Source: the human T2T-CHM13v2.0 reference genome, Homo sapiens. From it: 64,000 nt of DNA. The number at the start of each line of letters is the position of its first letter. Within the stretch, counting starts at the first letter, position 1. The notes under the pieces are model-generated. The model was given only the letters and a program-made list of their open reading frames with translations, did no database searches and was not told the origin of the DNA. Positions 45,064-64,000 of this stretch are shown here, one piece after another. A program made the translations under genes and the position numbers. The stretch is from NCBI RefSeq assembly GCF_009914755.1, contig NC_060930.1; one strand, written 5' to 3'.

Positions 45064-46299
45064 TCAGATTGGCCTGAAGCTTAGCACAGCCTCCTTCTCT
45101 TTCCCTGAAATGTAAAGATTTTAACCTAGCTTCTCTCAGCAATTTTCATAAAGTACTTCAACGTTCCCCTGAATGAAAACATAATTAAAGAGACATGTAT
45201 TTGTATGCTCTTTTCACTTCCTGATTCCAAGCCGAAAAGCTGGGCTATTTAAGGGCATGACAAATGCAGAATTGCACAACTCTAAATCTGAACAGCACTG
45301 CTGGGTCCCCACATTTCACTAGGAGAAGGGCCTTTAATTTGCTCCAGCAACAATAAAAAGTGGTACATAGGCTAAGATGAAGTCCAGATGCCAAGGGAAC
45401 CTATGAATTACTTTAAGACACATGGGAACCAATTACAATGTGTGGAGTTTATTTGGATCTTGATTCAAACACGCTAAATCAACAAATATTTATAGCAGGA
45501 GACATTTGGAAATTTGAATACAGACCAGATGTTTGATGTTATTTCTTTTCTTTTTTTGCTCACTCTCAGCAGAATCAGTGATGTTATTTCTATATGTTGG
45601 ATATTTTTCATAATTTTTTAATGGCATCTTTTCATTACAGTATTCTGTTTCCCACAAAAATACAGGAAAAGGGTGGAAGGGAAACAATGAAAAAGTTCAG
45701 GTGGGTCACAAACATGGACACAAGGAGTCTGAAAGGCAGGCCTTGACATTTGTCTGAATAATACTAACGATGACCCTTCGGAGTTTCACGGGAGAGGAGG
45801 GTTGCCAGACTGTAATGGAGAGAAACTGGACTTAGTTGCTAATTAGGATGATGGTGCAAGGTCCATGACAGGGGATGAGGGAATGCCTGCTCGGGGAGGG
45901 GAAAAGGGGACTGGACGGAGGGCACGGCAGGATGGCCTAGGGAGGACGGGCGGGGGCCTATCAGTTACAAGAGGAAGGAGAAAGAGGATACTGGTTTTCC
46001 TCTGCATAAAAAACGCGATGGATTCTCAAGAATTTATTGAAAGTCTGTGTGTCCACCATAGTCCAGGATATTTTGGAATATTCAAGGGAAATACAAATCC
46101 AAGAATTTAGCTCAGGAATCAGCATCAGAACAGAATCCCCGAAGAGTAAACTATTCATGGAAAACAGTAGACTGATAACATTTGAAAAACTGATTTCCCA
46201 TAGAAACAATAGTTACTGTTTGACGAATTATACAACGTAGACCTAGGTCGTGCGATAGCTACAAAATACCTAAGGAAATGGACTAGGTCGTAACAAGAA

Positions 46300-46720
46300 A
46301 AAGTGATATCAAGCCCGGGCAGAAGGGCGCATTCTCGGCGCGGAGGGCGGAGCCTTTCCCGGAGTGGCGGCGGATGACCCGGGCTCCCGCTCCTCACCTC
46401 GGCGTGGGGCGCAGGCGGCGGCCGCAAGGACCGCGGATGCTTGAATCGCGCTTCTCGCCGGCTGGGACTGCCCCAGACACGCACACCCTCCCGACCTCCG
46501 CCCTGTCGCAGTTCCAGGGCGCTCCGCGCTGTCATGATTGCTGGGTGCGCGCTCCGTGCTGGGACAGCCGCGCACCAACAGCGGAGGGCGTTAGCACCCC
46601 AAGACGCTGCTGCAGGGGTCTGAACCGCTCCTTGGCCTACTGGCACCGGGTCCTGGACGAAATCTACCGCGGTCCAACTGAGCTTTATCTTGTGCGGTGA
46701 CGCCCATGCCTAGGTCTTGA
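46300..46720. promoter_or_regulatory. Orphan CpG island, probable promoter/first exon of the minus-strand pseudogene
   Basis: CpG-dense, non-repeat, GC boxes (GGGCGG); minus-strand donor GAG|GTGAGG at 46398/46397. Confidence 0.75.
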
Positions 46721-48756
46721 CACTTCCCTCCTATGCCCTTTATTGCCAAGGGTCGGGATGGCCTTCGTGTCCTCTGCAGCCTCCGCCTTCCTTCTGCTGC
46801 CAGCAGCTGTAGATTTTACCTCTTTCCCCTAACTTCCTCTCAGGCTCCTACTCCATTCCTATCGCGACTGCTTGAGACCGGGCCACCTCCCCCGCAAATT
46901 ACCTACTCCAGTGTCAAAATCAGGTCAGGGCAAATCCATGCCAGAACGCAGTGACCTAACTTAAATGCGACTCTGATTGCGTTCTTCCCAGCTTAGAACT
47001 TTTGGTGTCTCCTGATGGTCAAAGGGACCGAGGTCAACCTCCTCTGCCCCTTTCAAGGCACCTCAAGATCCGATCCCTTTATGTTTCCCAGTCTTGATCC
47101 TTCTCTCCTGCTCCAGGGGAATGAAACACAATCCCACATCTGGGATGTTACTCATCCCCATTGCCTCACCAGTTTTTCTGGATTTTATTTTATTGTGCGA
47201 AAACATCAATAAAATGAAATTATCCAGTTTCTCTGGATGATTTACTCGCCTTTAAGTTGAAAACTGATAACATCATATCCTGCAGGACTGCCACCTCAGC
47301 TGAATTAGATGACCCTTTTGTATCTTACAGCAGCTGCATGTTTCTCTCCAATGTAGTCAAGATCACTACTGTAGCTATTTAGTTACCTATTTATCTCACT
47401 TCATTCCCAGCAATTTATTATCTGAGTACTCTGTACCGGGCACTGGGTTAAGTAGATGTTATGAATACTGTACTACCATGTGAAGTAGCTTCTGTTACCC
47501 TCGTCATTTACAAGCGAGCATATAGAGGCTAAGAGAGTTTAATCTGTCAATCTACATGGCCAGGATGCAGAGAACTCAGACAGGCACCCTTATTGTTGTT
47601 GTTGGTTTTTGTCTCTGTACCTAGTACAGTGACTGGGACATAGCAGGTGTTCACTAAGTGTGAAATATATGGAAGCTTTGTTTTGTTTTGTTTTTTGATC
47701 CTCAACACCACTCCAGAGGGCAGGCCATACAGGAATCATACTTGCCTTTTTTAGATATGCAAAGAGATCCAGAAAATTGACTTGGCAATTCATAAAGACC
47801 AGGGACATGTGACTCCTCTCATGCTTTTTTCACCATTATAGCTTTTTCTGGGACAACTTCCCAGAAGAGGATTTCCTTTTTATTTTTCCTGGAAAAGTTT
47901 GATGATAAGAGATTCGTTTTTACATCTGATCAGATTTAGACTCTCTATAGTGCCAGAATAGAGAGCAAAGAGGGACAAGAGTAGGTTCTGCTGACAAAAG
48001 AAAGTGGAAGGGGTAGCAAACCCACTTCACAACATCATTATTTTGATGTGTAGCATCAAAAAAATTGCTTGAGTTTCTGTAGCAATTGCTATATAAGTAC
48101 AATAATGTATCTTGAAGTCATTCTAGGCCATCTGGAATATTATTCCTGGTGGTACCAAGCCACCAGCTGAAGAGTTTTAAGTAATAACATGATCAGAATT
48201 GGATTTGCTGTATACACACATAAATGTGTATACACACATACACACCACCACCACCACCAGCAACAGTGCAGGGAGTGAGCTGCAGTGATACAAAGGAACT
48301 ACAGGAAATGTTGTCAATAACAGGTTTGTTCCTAATAGCAAAAGGTGGAAACAACCACCATGTCTACTGGCAACAGAATGGTTAGATTGTGATGTTTTCA
48401 CACAATAAATATTATATAGCAATAAAAATGAATGAATTTTACCTTATGTAAAAACGTGAATAAATCTTTGAAATATTACAAATTATTATCGTATGAAGAG
48501 ACAAAGAATATGCCACCAGAAATGTGGAAAAAAATATATTAGCACCCAGGCTCTTGATTTGTTAAAGAGAAATGTACTATCCATGTTTACACTTATATAC
48601 AATATCTGCAATTTATTAAATTTATTACATAAATATTTGAATGTTTATAATTCATAAGGGATCTATAAGCATATATATGTGGGTGTGTATGTGTGTGTGT
48701 CATGGTCTAAAATGGACTGCAAAATCATGATTGATTCCATAAAAGTATAAGTCATG

Positions 48757-49355
<599 letters not shown>

Positions 49356-50451
49356 GTCATTGCTGAGAAGATGACTGCATCTTTAAAATACAGTTTAGAC
49401 TAAAAAGTGATGAGAGTGAACTAATTAATGGCTATTTACAGTGAAACCTCTACTTTTTTCACTCCAGGAGTATTTCAACTATTTATATCAAAGGAATAGA
49501 AAATGGGCATTTGTTAAAATTCTTGGAAAAATACTGATATTGGGTAAAATAAAATAGTGAGCAGCAAATAGGAAGTGAACAGATGATATACTGTTATGCT
49601 TTTGACATTTGCTAGTTGCTTCTTAGTAACCACATATGACAGAATATAGAATCTATATTTGTAATCATCACAACATTATACTAAGCTAAAATGCATAAGT
49701 CATATGAAGTGTTCCAAAATATGAGGTCATATGATATGTTCCAAAATGTTACAAATTTCACTTGTAATATAGATCATTTTAACCATTCCACTAAATTAAA
49801 AGAAGCTTGCTTTAATTGATGATTAGCACATTAATAAATTAATTAACTCACTACTAGGTAATCTTAATAACTTGCAAAAGAACATTGAAAAAAAAATCTT
49901 AAAACTGGAGAAAAAGAGTGTTTGTTAACTTGCCTTTCAACTGACAAGAATTATGAAAAGGTTAACCCAAAGATTAACTTTTTAAAACATCTTGCCTGAA
50001 AATGAATCTTAATTTTGAAGATAAGCCATTATCTGAGTTTTGGTATCATAATATTCAGCACATTAAAATGATTTGTATAATACCTTCATGTTTCTAAAAT
50101 AAAATGTCTTGCTGTTGCATACCAGGGTTATTGGTAGACAGACATTCAAACTATATGAGGAAAAAAGAAATGAGTGTTTCCCAAGATGCAAAGCATTACG
50201 CAGTTGTAATGTGACATTTCTGCATTATGTTCAGTGGAGCTGTTTTGTCTAAATTCCATGTCTTCTATTTTTTTGGTTGATTATCTCTTTCTTTTAAAAA
50301 ATTAATTTAAGGCAATGCTCCTAAACAATTTCACTGCTTCTGTGAAATATGACATATTTATAATTGCTAGAAAGATTTCCAGTGAATTGTCACTGCCTAC
50401 ATGTAATGATGGAACAACTCACTTATTAAGTGATTATGACATTTGGCTTAA

Positions 50452-50843
<392 letters not shown>

Positions 50844-51626
50844 TAGGTATTATAAGCAGAAATGTCATCATGCCTCAAATGTGAACTTCTGGCCACATGA
50901 TATGGATCACTGTATATTACAATGCATATGATGCATTAAATTATGAGCAACTAAAATTGATAGAGTGATTCAAAGACTGTCAGCATTTCTAACAATATAA
51001 TTCATCAAGAAGTTGGAAAATATGGCAATAGTGTAAGCAAAAATGTTGCATAGACCTCATGACTAAAATAAAGCCCAAAACTTTTAGGATGCTAAAGCAT
51101 GTTATAGTGGCCAAGAAAACGTGCCTCACAGAGTTTCACCTGCAGGGAGTTTATTAGATCAAGGCCCGAGCAGCTGCACTCTGAATTTCACTGCTGTGTG
51201 TGTGCTGTGGATTCACACTTCCCTCAGACTATCCTAGCCAATAATGAGTACACAGGGATACCTAAGTTGGTGCATACCTGGGAGACAGGGGACTCCTGTG
51301 ATGATCAAATTTGGCCCAAGGACTCCCCAACAGCCTTGCCAAACCTTCCTTAGACTACATAGAGGTCAAGGACACTTCATTCAACCTTACTTCCTTTTCT
51401 CCTTCACTTGTGGCTCACACTGGCATGACAGCCTGAAAGACCTCCCAGCCTTTCCTGGCTCCCTTCCCACTTTCTTTTGTAGGCATTTCTTTTATTATAA
51501 TCCTTGTGCATTTTATTCTATCTTGGCATCTGCTTTTTGAAGGACATGGACAAACCCATATGTCCAGATAATAGTGTTGGCAATTCAATTAAAAGTAATA
51601 TGATCTGTGGCAGATTGATGATGTTT

Positions 51627-51984
51627 TGTTACCAGTCAAGGGTGTCCATGAACAAAGAATTGGACAAAATTCACAAACAAAGCAAGGAAAGAATGAAGCA
51701 ACAAAAGCAGAGATTTATTGAAAACAAAATCACACTCCACAGGGTGTGAGCAGCCGGAGCAAGCAGCTCAAGGGCCCAGTTACAGAATTTTCTGGGGTTT
51801 AAATACCCTCTAGAGGTTTCCATTGGTTATTTTGTGTACCTCCTATGTAGATGAAGAGGCTAAAGTGAAGTTATAAAGTTATTTTCTTGGGCTTAGAAGG
51901 TTGGGTTTTTTGTTCATTTGTTTGTCTAATTTGGTTCTAGAAAGTCTTTAGATTGCCTGCTTCTAGACCCTATTTCTTGCCTCA
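51627..51984 (-). mobile_element. ERV1 solo LTR (MER51-like)
   Basis: Minus strand starts tgaggcaagaaatagggtctag; TG..CA ends; 4-bp TSD gttt on both sides. Confidence 0.75.
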
Positions 51985-52399
51985 GTTTTGTTAAATCCTA
52001 GATATCAGAAAATGATTATGTGTAGTGCAAGAAGGTCCTCTTGGTGGTCTGTACACTGGCCTTTTATAATAAGACCCAACCTTAGAGTTGCATTTGGAGT
52101 ATTATAATCCATATGTAGAAGTCACTCATCAATCCAGTCAACTAATTTGGCAGTGTGGTGGGGGGAGGGAAGTTACTTAATCTGTCTGTGTTTTACTTTG
52201 TCTAATATAATATGGGAATAATAGTATCTGACTCATAAACATGTTTAGACTAAATGAGCTACTCCATGTAAAGAATGCAGAACAGTGCCTAACACCTAGT
52301 GTTTAATTCGTTGTGTTAGTCATTATTGTTACTATCAATGAGTTTGGCACTTGAACATACGTAGTTTGCCAAGACAGCTAATATAGAAAAATCTACATC

Positions 52400-61034
<8,635 letters not shown>

Positions 61035-62095
61035 AAATCCACAAGCAAAAAAACCAAAAGTCTCATTCAAGAAATGACAAAAGACATGAACGGACACTTC
61101 TCAAATAAAGACATACACGTGATCAACAAGCATATGAAAAAATGCTCAACATCACCAATCATTAGAGGAATGCAAATCAAAACCGCAATGAAATACTATC
61201 TCACACCAGTGGAACAGTTCCTGTTAAAAAGTCAAAACACAACAGATTCTGACAAGGCTGCAGAGAAAAGGAAACACTTATACACTGCTGCTGGTAGGAA
61301 TGTAAATTAGTTCAACCCCTGTGGAAAGCAATTTGGAGAGTTCACAAAGAATTTAAAAACAGAACTACTATTCAACTCAGTAATCCCATCACTAGGTATA
61401 TTCCCAATGGAATATAAATCATTCTGTCATAAAGATATATGCACATATATGTTCATCACAGCAGTATTCATAATAGGAAAAAGATGGAATCAACCTAGAT
61501 GCCCATCACTGGTGGAGTGGATAAAGAAAATATGGTACATATACACCATGGAATACTATGCAGCCATAATAAAGAACAAAATTATGTCCTTTGCAGCAAC
61601 GTGGATGTACCTCAAGACCGTTATCCTAAGCAAATTAACACAGGAACAGAAAACCAAATACTGTGTGTTCTTATAAGTGGAAAATAAGCACTGATTAAAC
61701 ATGGGCACAAAGAAGGAATAATAGACAGTAGGACCTACTGAAGGATGGAGGGTGGGAGGAGGGTGAAGATCAAAAAATGCTCAATATTAGTAATCATCAG
61801 TGAAATGCAAATCACAATCACAATTAGATAACATCTCACACCAGTCAGAATGGCTATTACTAAAAAGTCAAAAAACAACAGATTCTGGTGAGGCTGCAAA
61901 GAAAAGGGAATGCTTATACACCGTTTGCAGGAATGTAAATTAGTTCAGCCACTGTGGAAAGCAGTTTGGAGATTTTCCAAATAACTTAAAACAGATCTAC
62001 CATTTGATCCAGCAATCCCATTACTGGGTATATATCCAAAAGAAAATCATTCTACTAAAAGACACATGCACTTGTATGTTCATCACGGCACTGTT
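61035..62095 (+). mobile_element. 3' part of the older L1 plus a second copy of an ORF2 C-terminal segment
   Basis: MNGHFS...KIWYIYTMEYY, start of 3'UTR, then ORF2 sequence restarts at ~61775. Confidence 0.8.
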
Positions 62096-62099
62096 TGTT

Positions 62100-64000
62100 T
62101 TAAATTTTTTATTTTAATTTTTCTGGGTACGTGGTAGGTGTGTATATTTATGGGATATATGAGATGTTTTGATACAGACTTGAAATGTGTAATAATCACA
62201 TCATGTAAAATGGGGTATCCATCTCCCTAAGTATTTATCATTTGTGTCACAAATTATCCAAGTATACACTTTAAGGAATTTAAAAATATACAATTAAATT
62301 ATTATTGACTATAGTCACCCTGTTGTGCTATCAAATACTAGGTCTTATTCATTGTTTCAATTTTTTTGTACCCCTTAACCATCCCCACCTCCCCGACACC
62401 CTCCCACTACATTTCTCAGCCTCTGACAACCATCCTCTACTCCCTATCTCCATGAATTCAGCTGTTTTTATTTTTAGATCTGACAAATGAGTAAGAACAT
62501 ATGATGTTTGTCTTTCTGTGCCTGGCTTATTTCCCTTAACATGATGACCTCAGTTCCATCTATGTTGTTGCAAATGGCAGGATCTTATTCTTTCGTATGG
62601 CCAAATAGTACTCCATTGTGTATATGTACCACATTTTGTTATCCATTCATTTGTTGATGGACACTTAGGTTCCTTCCAAATCTTGGCTACTGTGAACAGT
62701 GCTACAATAAACATGGAAGTTCAGGTATCTCTTGGATATACTGATTTCCTTTCTTTTTTGGTGTATACCCAACAGTCGGATTGCTGGATCATATGGTAGC
62801 TCAATTTTTAGTTTTTTGAGGAACCTCCAAACTATTCTCCATAGTGGTTATACTAATTTACATTCCCACCAACAGTGTATGTGATTTCCTTTTCTCCACA
62901 TCCTCGCCAACATTTGTTATTGCCTGTCTTTTGGATAAAAGCCATTTTAACTGGGGTGAGATGATATCCCATCGTAGTTTTGATTTGCATTTCTCTGTTG
63001 ACCAGTGATATTGAGCACCTTTTCATATGCCTTTTTGCCATTTGTATGTCTTCTGAGAAATGTCTATTCAAATCTTTTGCCCATTTTTAAATCGGATTAT
63101 TGGATGTTTTTCCTATAAAGGTGTTTGAGCTCCTGGTTATTAATCCCTTGTCAGATGGGTAGTTTACAAATATGTTCTCCCATTCTGTGGGTTGTCTCTT
63201 CACTTTGCTGATTGTTTCCTTTGCTGTGCAGTAGCTTTTTAACTTGATGTGATCCCATTTGTCCATTTTTGCTTTGGTTATCTGTGGTTGTGTGTTACTC
63301 AAGAAATTTTTGTTCAGAACAATGTCCTGGAAAGTTTCCCTCATGTTTTCTTGTAGTAGTTTCATAGTTTGAGGTCTTAGATTTAAGTCTTTAATGCATT
63401 TTGATTTGAGTTTTGTATACAGTGAGAGATAGGGGTCTAGTTTCATTCTTCTGCATATGAATATCCAGTTTTCCAGGCACCATTTACTGAAAAGACTGTC
63501 TTTTCCCAACTGTATGTTCCTTGCACGTTTGTCAAAAATGAGTTCACTGTACGTGTGTGGATTTGTTTCTGGGTTCTATATTCTGTTCCATTGGTCTATG
63601 TGTGTCTGTTTTTATGCCAGTACCATGCTGTTTTGCTCACTATAGCTCTGTAGTATAATTTGGAGTCAGATAATGTGATTCCTCCAGTTTTGTTCCTTTT
63701 ACTTACAATAGTTTTGGCTATTCTGGGTCTTTTCTGATGTTATATAAATGTTAGGATTGTTTTTGCTGTTTCTGTGGGGAATGTCATTGGTATTTTGATA
63801 TCTGTAGATTCTTTGGGTAGTATGGACATTTTAACAATATTGATTCTTCTAATCTATGAACATGGAATCTTTCCATTTTTTGTGTTCTTTTCAATATCTT
63901 TCACCAGTGTTTTACAGTTTTCATTATAGAGATCTTTCACTTCTTTGGTCAATTCCTAGGTATTTAATTTTATTTGTGGTTATTATAAATGGGATTATTT
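62100..64000 (-). mobile_element. L1MA/L1PB-type 3' end on the minus strand, runs out of the window
   Basis: Minus-strand ORF2 C-terminal peptides ([20 protein letters not shown]) and 3'UTR. Confidence 0.85.

Noticed and set aside
46374-46700. Plus-strand 108-aa ORF in the orphan CpG island (…LAYWHRVLDEIY…)
   Set aside because: No recognisable domain; long ORFs arise by chance in GC-rich DNA; splice signals favour minus-strand transcription.
61775-62095. Repeat of the L1 ORF2 C-terminal segment as a meaningful duplication
   Set aside because: Too diverged from 61140-61460 to distinguish from an independent old L1 fragment.

Overview
Primate genomic DNA, human or a very close ape (dense Alu/L1/MaLR content). 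It holds the complete 4-exon IRAK1BP1 (SIMPL) coding sequence on the + strand (ATG 3273, stop 34035, 260 aa), driven from a CpG-island promoter with an RFX X-box. The main finding is on the - strand, tail-to-tail with IRAK1BP1: a chain of decayed exons with intact-looking splice sites running from an orphan CpG island (~46.3-46.7 kb) down to ~37.2 kb. Two of these exons translate into a recognisable YccV/HspQ-like (hemimethylated-DNA-binding) domain broken by stop codons, and an upstream exon encodes a hydrophobic anchor. This looks like a unitary pseudogene of an ancient membrane-anchored YccV-domain gene. Also notable: a ~97% identical 276-bp direct repeat bracketing IRAK1BP1 exon 2, a strong-Kozak overlapping uORF, two 5'-intact TSD-flanked L1s with large internal deletions (one with a fold-back templated junction), perfect palindromes, a higher-order AT minisatellite and closely spaced inverted Alu pairs. 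Repeat subfamily names and repeat boundaries come from recognition by eye and are approximate.
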